DNA from: Octopus sinensis | Lineage: Eukaryota | Reading direction: 5' to 3' | Assembly: GCF_006345805.1 (NCBI RefSeq) | Contig: NC_043015.1 | Span: forward strand, 1,364,001-1,428,000 | Length of the DNA: 64,000 bases | In this document: piece by piece, positions 11,109-25,250 of the stretch | Position numbering within the stretch: position 1 is the stretch's first letter | Layout of the letters: the number at the start of each line of letters is the position of its first letter | Translations under genes and position numbers: made by a program | Notes under the pieces: model-generated | Database searches by the model: none | What the model saw: the letters and a program-made list of their open reading frames with translations, nothing else | Told to the model about the DNA's origin: nothing

Positions 11109-12647
11109 GCCGGATTGACTTACGTATTTCGCTTTAAAAAACATTTGATAGTAAAAATACATTTAAGAGATATAAAGGAACATATTAATAGAAAATGTTC
11201 TCAGACGTTTATATCTGAAACCAGATCCGAGTTTTTAGTATTTAAGGGAGAGAACAAACGACATATCCGAGACATGTAGCTAACTTGCATGAAATGGTTG
11301 TTTAAACGGTTGAAAGATGAAATTAAACAAAGATTCTCAGCTGAATTCAAACCTGAATAGGAATGGGTATGAAAAATAAACACTACATGTTTTCTTCAAA
11401 AGAAGACTTTCAAAAGATATTGATTTATTTTCGAATTTCTACGTTTTCAAATTAGAGGTCAAACGTATGAGTTAATCAAATCAACTTTATGCTTGGCCTG
11501 TATTTTATATTTTTAGACACCAAAAGCATTAAGCGATATGCTCAGAACATTATTAGGATAGTGCTAACATGATGTGCAGTCACTTTAAAAACATTGTGGC
11601 ATCCTAACCCTTTATAAACAGTAAAGTTTTTGAGTACAAACTACGAAATCACTTCTTCACAATACAATGTATTTTCAACCACCTTCATATTTGTCAGTCA
11701 ACACCGTACGTGTTGTTTTATCAATCAAAACCTTTATTAATGAAAGATCTTTCGATTTCAAAAACGATAGAAAGAAATAACTGTAGATATCTTACTGAAA
11801 ATGAGTTTAAAAAATATTTTCACAACTTCTATATTGATTCCTGAAATTAAAATCACACCTCATAGCGGTACTACCAAAGGATATCGGATTAAGGACTTTG
11901 TAATATTTACTCTTAATTGGAATGTAAAACAACAATACCATACGCTATTCATGCCTTCAAATGGTTATTAATGTCGCCAATCAAACGTTTTCTATCATCA
12001 GACAACATTACAATCTAAAAAAATTGGTTAGGAAGTTCTAGGTAAATACAAATTTTAAAGTAACTAAAAATGAAAAACCGTTCTTGCTATCCAAATGCAA
12101 AGACAATCAGTACGGTAAATGTTAGTTTATACATGTTGGTCTGAGCACTAATAAATATATCCCGAATATGGATATTTACAAACACAAATCGCAACTGAAA
12201 AAGCAGAATCCTGATCTGTTTCATCAAATGCCTGAATTGTAAATAAATTACTCTGCTTTGGCAAGACATACATTATCGGAATCCACACGAGAACAGCGGC
12301 AACGCATAAAGGACACAATCACCCTTCAGATATTATATGGTAAACATTTAGAAATGTTGTGTATAAAAGCTTTTTACAATTGCTCACTCAATTAAGGTTA
12401 AGAAAAGTAAGAGAGAAGGATGTTATTAACAAGCATAGAGCAATTCTGAATGGATAAAAATACAAATATTGATTTCAAATTTAGATACAATTTTGTTAAT
12501 CAGCGGGAAGTGTTAAGTCGATTACTGGTACTTAATTTATCGATTCCGAAAGTGAAGGTAAAAGCGGAAGAAATGTCGTTAAGGGCTTTTGCTGGTTTGA
12601 TAATGTTTCCCCTAAGGATAACAATTTTTATTTCACTTTTATTCAAA

Positions 12648-12855
12648 GGCGGCGAGCTGGCAGAAACGCTAGCACGTCGGGCGAAATGCTTAGTGGTATT
12701 TCATCTGTCTTTACTTCCTGAGTTCAAATTCAGCTGAGGTCGGCTTTTCATCTTTTCGGCATAGATAAATTAAGTACCAGTTGCGTATTTGGGTCGATTT
12801 AATCGACAGGCTCCACCCCACAAAAATGTTGACCTTGTGCTTACAGTAGAAAAAA
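12648..12855 (+). mobile_element. SINE-A (tail 2), flanked by minus-strand SINE-A fragments
   Basis: GGCGGCGAGCTGGCAGAAACG head; tail CCCCACAAAAATGTTGACCTTGTGCTTACAGTAGAAA; fragments at ~12500-12600 and ~12885-13030. Confidence 0.85.
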
Positions 12856-14008
12856 ATTCCCTTTTATTCCAAATCTGTAGTGATATTCGTTTCAAATTTT
12901 GGCACGAGTTCAGAAATTTTTAGGGGATGGGGAAGTCGATTCTGTCGAGTTCAGTGTTCAACTGTTACTTATTTTATCGACCCCCATTCCCACCCCAAAC
13001 AAATAAAAGGCAAAGTCGACTTCATCTGGAGAAGAATAATTATATCGCCAAATGCAAGGCATCCGTGTTCTCTAATAATCAATGAAATAACATTTGTCCA
13101 CTTTTAGAGAATTGTTTGATAGCACAGTGTCAAATTTGGATTTCTAAATAAAGACGACGCAGTAGTACTGAAACATCAGTATACTGCTGTAAGCACTTGT
13201 AGTACGAAGGACACTCTATTGAAGCATCCACAAAGCAGAGACAAAAATCAAGATGCGTAGAACTTAAAAAGTCAATCACAGGGGAATGTCCATGAAAAGG
13301 TGATGATACTGGCGTTGAACCAGCATGACCTCGGCCTCTGAGCTGAAATGCATGAAAGAATAAAGAATACGACCGGAATTGCACACACATATTCATGTGA
13401 ATACATGTAGCTACACGTATATACATTTTTTTTAGCCGTTGGTACTCCTATGTTCGGCCAAATTTTTACGTGGTAAAACAAATCAACCTAAACACAAACT
13501 ACGCTTGCTGGGGTATGTCAGTTACCTTACTGACATCCACAATGTGTAACAGATTGTAATAGTTTGCAGGTTACCATGTAACAGATTGTGCTAGGTAGAC
13601 ACTTGGTTATGCATGCTAATTGCTCTATTTGTACGCAAATCCGTGGAAATAACGAAGAAGTACACTCATGTGTACAAAAGTGAAATACACACCCATTACA
13701 CGAGTGCAAGGTTATCTACACGTGCAGCTGCGTGTGCGCATGCATATTAAATGATTCACCTATCTACAGGCCCAAAATGCTGTCTGATTTCAAATAAAAG
13801 AGACTTGCCATTTTCTTAGTAAGAGCCTTGAATTCTAAAATGCAAATATAATTAAAAACTTTAATATCCTACGCAGGTGTAAAACGCATATGTTTACTCA
13901 CATGCATATATACAGACATGTATGTACGTACTTTCGTGCATACAAGCACCAATATATGTATACAGGCACATACATATATATCGATCGATCCATCCATCGA
14001 TCCATTCT

Positions 14009-14360
<352 letters not shown>

Positions 14361-14672
14361 CTGTCTGTCTATCTATCAATACATCTTGGGAATGAGTCTC
14401 TATTAGAGTCTCGGGCCGACAAAAGCCTTGAGGGTGAATTTGGTAGAAGGAAATTGAAAGAAGCCCTTCATTATATATAATATATATATAATATATATAT
14501 ATATTATACATGCAGGACGTCATCAACGTGTAAACAACATGAAATACGGATAGTACGAGACAAAAAAATGGAAAACAAAACAAATAACACAGAGAATGAC
14601 CCTTCGTCAGTCGTCGGCTATCTATCTACTCGTTATTTCGAGCATTGAACGACAATATGAGTCTTCGAAGAC

Positions 14673-15689
14673 ATGGGTCATCCCATAAATGATGTAATCT
14701 TTTCAATAGCATGACGGCGACGTCATAAACTACCTGGATCAACTTGCTATACCATCAGGTAGTAATTTTACCTTGTACTTATTCTTAGTGCAAGTTTTGA
14801 AGAGTACATTTCGATTTTAACAGTTATTTTTTCAAAGCTATAACGGAAGTGACAAAGGAGTATATTTGGCATATTTTCACAGTATGAGTTCACTAAAGGT
14901 AAAAACGCAAAAGAAAGTGCGAAAAATATTAATGAAGTAGATTGGGGTCGGACAATAAGCGTAAGCCAGTGTCATCGGTGGTTCCAGAAGTTCTGAGCCG
15001 GAAACCACAGCCTAGAAGATCTGGAGATTTTGATGAGGGCGTCCTGTAAACCCTGGTGGAACTGAGTCCCATTGTGAATGTTGAGGAACTAGCAGACGAG
15101 CTTGGATTTTATCTTTCAACCATTCATCAATGCCTGCATGCCATCTGAAAAGTTATAAAATCGAGTCAATGGGTTCCTCACAAACTTTCGGTTTGGTAGA
15201 ATATGAAAGGTTTAATCCACTCCAGACCAAACGATAACATAGGATATCTATTGCGAACAGCTCGAGTGGCTTAAGCCAACGTTAAAAGAAAACCGACTAT
15301 CTTCAGTTTCAAGGCGAAAGGTATTCTTCCATCAGGATAATACTCGAGGATGACATTCCAGAAGCTGGAGCATTTTGAATAGGAAACATTGCCCCAGTCA
15401 CCATTTTCGTCAGACATTGCCTCATCTGATTGTCATTTATTCCCCTGTCGTCAAAATCATTTGGATAGGAAGAAAACGAATGCTGTAGATGAGGTCAGAA
15501 CAGTACCGGAAGTGTATTTTTCATCACGGATAAGTGAATTTTGGAAGAGGGGGCCTTCCAAGTCTTCCAGATAGATGAAAGAGCAATGTAGAAAATGAAG
15601 GAGAGTATATTTTAGAATAAAAAAATAAAGGTTATCTTAATTTTGAAAAATAAAAGTATAAAAAACTGCATTATTTATGGGATGGCCCA
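14673..15689 (+). mobile_element. Mariner element, internally deleted and dead
   Basis: TIRs TGGGTCATCCCATAAATGATG / CATTATTTATGGGATGGCCCA followed by TA; WVPH at 15170-15181; PQSPFSSDIASSDCHLF (decayed HPPYSPDLAPSDYHLF) at ~15390. Confidence 0.9.
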
Positions 15690-16414
15690 ATATGTATATA
15701 TGGGTGTGTTTGTGTTTGTTTGTTCGTGCGTGCGTGTGTGTGTCTTTGTGTCTGACCCCCACCACTGCTTGAAAACCAGTGTTTATCTGATTACGTCCCC
15801 GTAGTTAGCGGTTTAGTAAAAGGGAACGATAGACTATATACTAAGCTTAAACAAAAAAATTAATACTGGGCTCGAAATATTTGACTAAATACCTTTCAGA
15901 CTGTGCCCCAGCATGGCCACAATCTAATGGCTGAAAGCGCTAAAACCTACAAGGTATCTATGTATATATACAAAGTAATGGATATTTACCAAAATAATGT
16001 GGCTTTCCCGGAAGGGACGATGTTACTGCTGTTTTAGCCCCGAGGAGAATCGTCAATAGCTGGCTATACGGCACATTGTATCCTCATGTTTTCGAACAGA
16101 GAGCCCAGCACTCCAACCTAGCGCAAACCAACATCTGCGAACTAGTTCCTGAGTTATTGCCCTTTCAGGACAGCCTCATTATATAGGCAAATCGCCTTTA
16201 CTTTAAAGAAATGTTACTGAACGTCTCTCTTTGAGACATTTTGAATTGATAATATATATATACATTTATATATGTGTGTTTGTGTGTGTGTGTATACCTA
16301 CATAAATATATGAATATACACGTATGTATATATTTATAGGTATCTACCAACCTACCTTCGACCTGCCTACTTACCAACCTACCTACCTGCCAACATACAT
16401 TCATGAGTACGTAT

Positions 16415-16472
<58 letters not shown>

Positions 16473-16589
16473 CATACGTACATACGTACGTACGTACATC
16501 TATACATACATTGCGGTATGAATATAAATCGGTTTGCAATTCAGTTCAATAATCAAAGAATGGCTCTGACATAAATATATAGTCCTTTG

Positions 16590-16730
16590 GAGACCCACGA
16601 TATCGATCTGTTGGTGTTCAGTATCGAACTTCTTTTCGTCGATATCTTCTGGGACAGCTTTGAGCAAGACTAGGCTGTTGTTGTTTTGTCCCAAATGGTC
16701 AAGAAATTGTAGATTTATGATCAAAGTCAT
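16590..16730 (-). mobile_element. Possible LINE apurinic-endonuclease N-terminal remnant
   Basis: ORF segment FDTEHQQIDIVGLQ resembles the IDI.GLQE motif; short. Confidence 0.3.
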
Positions 16731-17826
16731 TTTAAAATGGAGAATGTAGTCTTCATTTTATATTAGATATATCCAAGTCATATTACGTACGAATTGAAGC
16801 ATAGGTTTTAATAAGAGGAGTACACAACTGTGAAATTGGTTGCAGCTGAAAGTTCTGACAGTTGAGTGTAGGAAACTTCTTGATCTTGGTTCTAGATCCG
16901 GTTGTACATATTTTTTGATCATCGTATACGTGTGTGTGTGTCTGTACGCCTGCGTGTGTGTGTTTGTTTATGAAGTGAGGGAGTCTGTAAAGATGCGTAG
17001 GCAAGTCGTCATATATGGGATTCATAACTGAAGAGTCGAAGCTTCGAAACTTAGGCAAAGCAGCCTGCAGAATCCATGAGGAAAACGTCATAATTGGATT
17101 TTCTGCCAGTCTCTTCAACTGAAAACTAGGAGAGGCAATCCTATCTCACCAACTATCATATACTTGACGTTCATTTAGGTCAAGTTGGAGGGTCACTGTT
17201 CTTGGATCACTATGCTTTTTGGCACATATATACACGTATATGTGAGCGTGTGTGCGCGTACATACTCTATTACTCCTTTACTCTTACTTGTTTCAGTCAT
17301 GTGACTGCGGCCATGCTGGAGCACCGATAAAACGAGTAGAATGTGAGAGATGAGGTCTATGCAGTCAACTTACCCCACATTCCGAAATTGCTTTCCTTGT
17401 GACAAAACTTGAAAACAATAAGCAGTATACAAACATTTTAAGGATGTAACTGACTTCATGCAATTATTAGGCTAACATTTCCTCAGCTGAGAATTAATTT
17501 GTGAAATGAATAAGCAGAAAACAAATCAAACGATACAATATTTGCATGTGGGAAGCTCCATGCAGTGAAGCACACATCGTCTAACGAATACACACCGCTC
17601 ACACACACTTATTCTTGAATACACTCAGAGTTTCACACGTACAGAAGTTAATGAAGAAGCACATATGAACGCAAACGCTGACACGTTTCATACGCATGCA
17701 AAAAAACCTGTGCCTTACATTGTATGGAATGCATCAGTGTGATATATGTATTTATATGCCTATATATATGTGTGTGTGTGTATGCATATGTTTATAAACA
17801 CACACCACACACACACACACACACAC

Positions 17827-17866
<40 letters not shown>

Positions 17867-17934
17867 CATATATTCATATACATGTATATATACGTCTTTA
17901 TATGTGTGTTCATTCATATGTATAAATGTCTCTG

Positions 17935-17973
17935 TCTATCTATCTATCTATCTACCTATCTATCTATCTATCA

Positions 17974-18016
<43 letters not shown>

Positions 18017-18169
18017 AATCTATCTATCTATCTATCTGTCTATCTATCTATCTATCTATCAATCAATATATCTATATATTTATCTATCTATCTATCTATT
18101 TACCTATCTATATATCTATCTATCTATCTTCTATCTATCTATCTATCTATCTGTCTATCTCTCTCTATG

Positions 18170-18203
<34 letters not shown>

Positions 18204-18205
18204 CA
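17935..18205. repeat. (ATCT)n microsatellite
   Basis: Direct reading. Confidence 0.95.
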
Positions 18206-19149
18206 TCTCTCTATACACATGTATGTATTATATATATATAGGTAAATATATGTATGCGTGCATTCATTTCGTACATCCCTGGGTGTCTATCTAAACCGCA
18301 TGTAGGGTATACGCCCCCTGAAGGAGATGTTTTCTTTCAGAAAGTCGAACAATGGCATCGTTCAGGTTGAACACCCAAACACTCCCACGTCCGCACACAT
18401 ACACAACACATACAGCAACCCACAGTCACAAGCACACACATAAACACGTGCATGCAGTCACGCACAGACGCCCATCACGAAGTTTAAATACATTTTTTAA
18501 AACTCTCTCTTTGTTTTCTTATCCTTGCTATGAGTGGGTCTGTAGCCTTGTGCGACATCTACTTCGTGGCTATTAGTATTTAACTTCGGTTCACAAACCC
18601 AATAATAAAAGAATCCGTCCCACCAAAAGTTAGAAATAAAAATTAACTAGATTTGTATTAACGACATTGAATAATATATGTGCTCATAAATCATATATAA
18701 CTCGTTCGTGTATACTCGAACGTGGGAAGACATTTCGTTGAATATACTACCCATAGAGTATCAGAAAAATGTGTGATCATCACATCTACCTCGTTACTTG
18801 TCTGGTATTTCATTCTTTCTAACTTTTGCACAACACCAGCAACCTTAGTGCAAGTGGGGTCGTTGACTGGATTGACCCTTTTTCTTGTTTGATACGTCAT
18901 TTAATCGACTCCGAGAGAATGAAAGCCGAAGAAATCCTCGGCGGAACTTGAACTCAGAACGTTGACCACGACAGAATTTTAAGAAAGATATATTAAGTTT
19001 AGCCAAATTCATACGAAACAGCGCAGAATAAAATGTAAGCGAGTATAATTGATGAACAATTTCGTGTACACTGGAACATGGGAAGACCATTCGCTGCGTA
19101 AATAATCTCGAGGGAAATGTCCTCCTTTTACAATTTTCTTCCAGGTACA

Positions 19150-19340
19150 AGATGTAAAATTTGGTGGAGGAGGGAATAGTTGATTAAAGTGAACCTAGTG
19201 TTACACTTGTACTTACTTTATCGACCCCGAAAGAATGAAAGGCAAATTCATCCTCGGCAGAATTTGAACGCAGAACGTGAAGATGGACGAAATACCACCA
19301 ACCATTTTGGCCAGCGTGCTAACGTTTCTGCCAGATCACT
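19150..19340 (-). mobile_element. Diverged SINE-A (tail 2) next to (AAT)n at 19345-19510
   Basis: Central TCGACCCCGAAAGAATGAAAGGCAAA and head remnant. Confidence 0.8.
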
Positions 19341-19405
19341 GCCTATAATAATAATAATAAAATAATAATAAATGCAACAACAACAACAGTAATAATAATA
19401 ACAAT

Positions 19406-19499
<94 letters not shown>

Positions 19500-19569
19500 T
19501 AATAATAATATGACAGAGGATATATAATAAAGATTAGAGAACTAACTAATAAAGAAAGAAATAATTAAA

Positions 19570-21150
19570 ATCCGCAATAGAGAGGCAGTCGACTTAGGAT
19601 AATCCGAGTTAAACCCCACGTTAAATTCCTGGATTACTCTGGAATGGGAAAGTTCCTCCTAGTTTCTTTCATCTGTTTAGAAATCATACTCAGACTCGGA
19701 TCATTCAGTTTCACCAGAGTTTCCACTGTCGGCCACCTTTGTTAAGTACACAAGAATGTAGCACCTTGCTCCTTACCCTCACCTTCATATTTAAAGGATA
19801 TTTAAATAATTTGATGAGGGCTTGGCTAGATAGGAAAGTGTCTAGCTTCCAACTTTTCAGAAGTATCCGCTACACAGCCTCGTTTGCCACACCTACGAAG
19901 CAAAGAAAAAAATCATCCTTCCCGCCATGTTACCGGAAGGTGGTGTATCGATCTTCACTATACACTCTGCAGACAGCTGAATTCGTCTTGCAAGCGACAA
20001 CAGCTGCTCCATACAATTACATTACTGTCTAACGCATGAACACTAAAATATTGCAAGCAGGATGGTTTCGTCCCCACCCTTGCAAGCATTTCGGGCAGGT
20101 TTGAATTTTAGCTTTCCATGCTTGAAGAGCTTTCTCGAGCAGGCAATGCCCCGTTGTAGCATTACCATGCCAAAGTCTCATGCAAATTGTCCATGATATT
20201 CGACCCAAAGTTCCTCCGGACATGACTACTCAAACTGCTCTCGTCCATGCCTAGATTCAATCCTAGACAATCATTATTCATAACCTCAGCCAGCCCCATA
20301 GAAATCTTCGATTGTTTTGCGGGTAACGGTTTTTGTGCAGCTGGTAAAAAACAGTCAGCGCCTGGCAAAATGCTTGATGCCAAACGCCCAACCTTGGCCT
20401 ACGTTTGATCCATGACTGCAACTCTGGCAATGAGATAAGCTGCTGAAAGACATGTCGCCAGAAGAATACGTACACCAGTTCGCATTTATTTTCGTTGGCG
20501 TCGTTCATACCTTCGCAGTGATTTAGATATTTCTGTACGAGCGACACCCCTAAAGCGTGGCATCATCGCACCATTAAGGACGGCCTCCCAAAACCCCCAT
20601 GGTGTGGCTGTTGACAGCAGATAAATTTTCTTATCAGTGAAACCTGACCTTTCTATAAGAATCGGAAAAGCAAGCTCTTCAATCTGCTCAGAGTTTCAAA
20701 AGCTAGGTGGTAGTATACTACTGAAGCGATATATGCATTCGCTACATTCACCCGGCCTTTCAGAGATAGCTTTCTTTCTGCCCATTTCTGGGTGAGCTTG
20801 GCCAGCCTAGTCATGACCTCTTCGTAGTTTGTATCAACCAAAAAATCTGATACAAACCAGACTCGAGGCACTTTCACCGGACCCTCCGATCAGCAACAGA
20901 AATCGTCGCCATTCGACATGGGCTTGTCTTTCCAAGAGCCTATTTGCAGACCTACGGATTTGTCTTGGATTATGAGTACTCCTGTGCAAGCTTGATATTC
21001 TTTCAGTAAAGTGTCGTTCGTTTTTATGTCCGAAGGGTCCGACACCATGACATTGACTTCGTCAACTTTATGCAGACACAGCTCTCATCTAACCTAGTTC
21101 CAGCGGAATAGCCCCCAAAGTCTCTTTGTAGCAAGAGTTCTAACGCTGAA
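19570..21150 (-). mobile_element. Tx1/L1-clade LINE: decayed RT C-terminal half and 3' end
   Basis: Minus translations: PVKVPRVWF..KWAERKLSLKGRVNVANAYIASVVYY..LLFRFL*KG..QPHHGGFG; C-terminus QRWPTVETLVKLNDPSLSMI. Confidence 0.85.
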
Positions 21151-21362
21151 ATATATTAATTATATAAAATATATACTAACTTCAGCACGAGGTAAGCAAA
21201 ATATCAGAAGGGCTTTAGTTGGTTACCCTTTCTCCGTTCTCGATTACTACTTAAATTTATTGACTCGGATAATACGAAGGACGAGGTTGAAACGAGCAAT
21301 TTAAAGTCAGAACGTAATATCCGGAACAGATGCCGTGAAGCATTTTGTGGGAGAGTTCAAAT

Positions 21363-21797
21363 CAGTGGTTCTCAACGATCTTTTATCATTTTCAATTTAA
21401 TTTTATTTGTTTCATTTTATCTAGTTTCAGCTCACGTGCTGTGGCCATGCTAGGGCACCGCCATTCAGCATGTGCTACATGATTTTACTTCACGAATGCA
21501 TTTTAGCAATTGACATTTGGTGCATGAGAGAGTTTGATGCAGCTGCACTCATCTGCACCTCCTGCCGTGAGGAATCCCTTTGATCAATATTTAACTCTGT
21601 TAGGCACCTATAACGCTTTCAGTTTTAAAAGATCCTATTATATTTTTATAATTAATTATCATTAAGAGCTGTACTTGTAAATTGTGAAAGTATCTGGTTG
21701 ATTATAGAAATATAAGGAATTTTTGGGTCATCAATTTTAAAGAATATATCTTATTTTCAACTCCAAAAGCTACATGGACCCTGTTTCATGACCACTG
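21363..21797. mobile_element. hAT-like non-autonomous element inside a minus-strand SINE-A
   Basis: Termini CAGTGGTTCTCAAC / GGACCCTGTTTCATGACCACTG; SINE-A halves on both sides; TSD not recognisable. Confidence 0.55.
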
Positions 21798-22393
21798 CTC
21801 TAACGGTTCTGCTAGCTCGCATCATTCAATGGTATCTGAATTCAGCACAAGAACAATGCTTTTAAAGGAAGCAACAGGTAAGTAAATGCTGTTGATCCCA
21901 GCACTTGATTCATACATTTGCTTATGGAACCCAAAAGGATGAGAGATAAGACCGACGTCGATGAAGTTCGAAATCATAATTTATATTTCTAGAAAGATTA
22001 TACGAAGCTGTTTTACAGAGGCACTAACGATTCTGCCACGGCACCAATAACGGTACGGCAAGTACAACAGCAGCCTACTTGATATTGTGACGTCTGACAC
22101 GAACGGTAAATGTAACGAACACACAGACACACTTCTCGAAACGAAAGTCAAACGTGGTCGGATGAGATGAGTTTTACAGTTACGGAAAGTTATATAAGAC
22201 ATTGTATGTGTGTATGTATGTATGTATGTATGTATGTATGTATGTATGTATGTATGTATGTATGTATGTATGTATGTATGTATTTATATATGTATGTACG
22301 TACGTATGCATATATGTAAGCATGTGTGTATGAATATATATATATATATATATATGTACTCACGTATGCATATATTTAAGCATGTGTTTATGA

Positions 22394-22453
<60 letters not shown>

Positions 22454-22576
22454 TATATATATGTATTTATATATGTATATATGTATATATGTATGTATGT
22501 ATGTATATATGTATGTATGCATGTATGCAAAGACACATTTAGTTATATACATAAATATGCATATACATATATGTAT

Positions 22577-22742
22577 GAGTGGGTGTGTTGTAAGTAGCTA
22601 GCATACCAACCACATGGTTCCGGGTTCAGTCCCACTGCGTGGCACCTTGGGCAAGTGTCTTCTACTATAGCCTCACGCTGACCAAAGCCTTGTGAGTGGA
22701 TTTGGTAGACAGAAACTGAAAGAAGCCCGTCGTATATATATT

Positions 22743-22760
<18 letters not shown>
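22577..22760 (+). mobile_element. SINE-B 5' half
   Basis: CCACATGGTTCCGGGTTCAGTCCC...GAAAGAAGCCCGTCG, ending in the internal microsatellite. Confidence 0.85.
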
Positions 22761-22777
<17 letters not shown>

Positions 22778-22809
22778 ATGTGTGTGTGTGTATGTGTGTG
22801 TGTGTATTA

Positions 22810-23215
22810 TTTTATTTGTTTCAGTCATTTGACTGCTGCCATGCTGGATCCCTGCCGTTACTCGAGCAGTTCGACCCCAGGACTTATTCTTTGTAAGCCT
22901 AGTACTTACTCCATTTGTCGCTGTGTCTCTTCTGCCGAACCGCTATGTTATGGGACGTAAACACACCAGCATCTCTTGTCACGCGATTTTGGGGAAGAAA
23001 CACACACATGCAAACACACACACACACACACACACACCAACACATACACACACACAAACACGCCGAATTTCTTTCAGTTTCCATCTCAAATCTACTCAAA
23101 AGGATTTGCTCAGTCAGGTGATATATTAGAATGCATTAAACCAAAGCACCACGCAGTGGGACTGAACCCAGGTTGCTATGGCTAGGAAGCAAACATTTTA
23201 CCACACAACAGCGCC
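22810..23215 (-). mobile_element. Diverged SINE-B
   Basis: TTTCAGTCATTTGACTGC tail through GGGACTGAACCC head. Confidence 0.8.
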
Positions 23216-23559
23216 TGTTCTCTTTGTTCTAATGATGGCAGCGGTATAATTTTCAAGTATACTGAAAGGACAATTTAGATATTTCCTTTCTCTTTTCGAT
23301 GCTGTTCTGGACTCACGCCATTAGCCACAAAGAATAATCTCTAATTCGAGCCTACTCTAAGCTAAGAATGCGTGTGGCAACTTGAATATCTACACACCAC
23401 ACGCGATAGAATGCTGTTGCACGGGTGCGAAAGCTACATTCCGTAAACGGGTGGAGAGCTGAACCATCCTGGAGTACAGAGGATTCACAATTTAGACTAG
23501 GGTCTGAAAGTTTACCGTACCATAGTGGGTCACACCGTGGTTCCTCTGCTTTGTGGCAG

Positions 23560-23750
23560 AAGTAGGAAGAAAGAGTGAGAGAAAGTTGTGGGGAAATAAT
23601 ACAGCAGGGTTCACCACCTCTCGCCGCCGGAGCCTCGTGGAACTTAGGTGTTTTTACTCAATAAACACTCACAATTCCCGGTCTGGGAATCGAAATCACG
23701 TTCTTACGACCGTGAGTCCACTGCCCTAACTACTGGGCCATTGCGCCTCC
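23560..23750 (-). mobile_element. SINE-C 5' part
   Basis: Reverse complement of GGAGGCGCAATGGCCCAGTAGTTAGGGCAG...TTCGATTCCCAGACC. Confidence 0.85.
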
Positions 23751-24480
23751 ACTGCTGTCCTATTATTGTTTCATGCTCGGTACTGGTGCTGACTGTAGTG
23801 ATTTTTAGTTTTCTTTCACACGTCTTTTAATCCGGGATTTTTTCCGGCGTTGTCGCTCTTCTTGTTAACATTATTATCGCCGTACATACGGTTTCTTTTA
23901 ACAGAGAATAGCTTGAAGTTAATATTGCTCCAGCTGTTGAAACAGCTAACTATTCCCCCCCCCTCTGAATTTGTCAAGCCATATTCGTTTTTGTCTCTGT
24001 GTTTATTTTAACCACTTAACTTCCGTATTTAAAGGTTACAATTTTCTTCCCGAAGTGGCAAGAATTTCACAAAGCTAAATAACCTTAGTGGATGTTGTTT
24101 GGATAAAAATCAAATTGGAACAAAAACCAAAAAATTCTTGAAAACAACAAAATTCTAAAACGACTTAGAAACTACCAAACACTGTCCTTCACGTGCAAAA
24201 TACACTGCTGCAACTACTACTACTAGTACTACTACTACTACTACTACAACTACTACAAATACTACTACAAAAAATACTACTACTGCTGCTGCTGCTGCTG
24301 CTGATGATGATGATGATGATAATGATGAGGATAATGACGACGACGATGACATCGATGATGATGATGATAGCGATAATGGTTTAAAATTTAGGCACAATGT
24401 CGGTAAGTCCAGGTGAAATTGAAAGTCGATTGCAAGGAGCTCAGTGTTTGACTGGTACTCATTTAATCAATCTCGATAAG

Positions 24481-24947
24481 ATATGTTTCTTTATTAGCCA
24501 CACAGGGCTGCACACAGATAGAACAAATTACAAGGTAGAGCTTTTCTTTTGAAGGTTTAAAAAAAAAATTAAAAAAAGGAAGAGGGGGTTTCGATCAAAA
24601 GGGATCGTAAAAGGAGAGAAAGAGGACAAAAAAAGGGGGGTTAAAAAAAAAAGGGGGAGAGGAAAAAAAAATTGATCAATAGGGATCGTTATCACAGAAA
24701 TGTCAATATGAAGTGTAAAGGGGAGGACAGGTGAGGTTTACCCGTGGAAAGAAAAGCCTACGGAAATGACCACGGTAACCTCGGTCAATGGAGTCACATG
24801 TTATATTCTTTTTTTTTTTTTTGCAAATAAGCAACTCTCTGTTTTCAATTTCTGGGTTCATAGGATCATGCTCAAGGTGGCTTCGTCATTCATACGTGCC
24901 ATTCTTGCTACATTCACACATCTTTTTTTAAAACATTCGCTCGATAA
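24481..24947 (-). mobile_element. 3' end (ORF2 C-terminus and 3'UTR) of a Tx1-like LINE
   Basis: Minus translation LSSECFKKRCVNVARMARMNDEATLSMIL* aligns to the C-terminus of the 19570-21150 element; UTR ends GCCCTGTGTGGCTAATAAAGAAACATA. Confidence 0.7.
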
Positions 24948-24970
24948 GATAGAAGACAAAGTCGATAGAA

Positions 24971-25121
24971 GGCGGCGAGCTGGCAGAAGCGTTAGCATGC
25001 CGGGCGAAATGCGTAGCCGTATTTCGTCTGCCGTTATGTTCTGAGTTCAAATTCCGCCGAGGTCGACTTTGCCTTTCATCCTTTCGGGGTCGATAAATTA
25101 AGTATCAGTTACGCACTGGGG

Positions 25122-25123
<2 letters not shown>
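24971..25123 (+). mobile_element. SINE-A, 3' truncated at an (ATCT)n tract
   Basis: Near-perfect head with A and B boxes. Confidence 0.92.
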
Positions 25124-25160
<37 letters not shown>

Positions 25161-25190
25161 CTATCTATCTATCTATCTATCTGTATATAT

Positions 25191-25247
<57 letters not shown>

Positions 25248-25250
25248 AAT

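Noticed and set aside
14581-14670. CTGACGA and GAAATAAC on minus strand suggesting a hammerhead
   Set aside because: Could not be folded into a valid topology with stem I and an NUH site
17110-17200. Q*PSN..DLN on minus strand resembling the Tc1 WPSNSPDLN motif
   Set aside because: Needs several indels; insufficient to call
24210-24375. (CTA)n-(CTG)n-(ATG)n run giving poly-S/A/V ORFs
   Set aside because: Compound trinucleotide microsatellite with no splice or domain support
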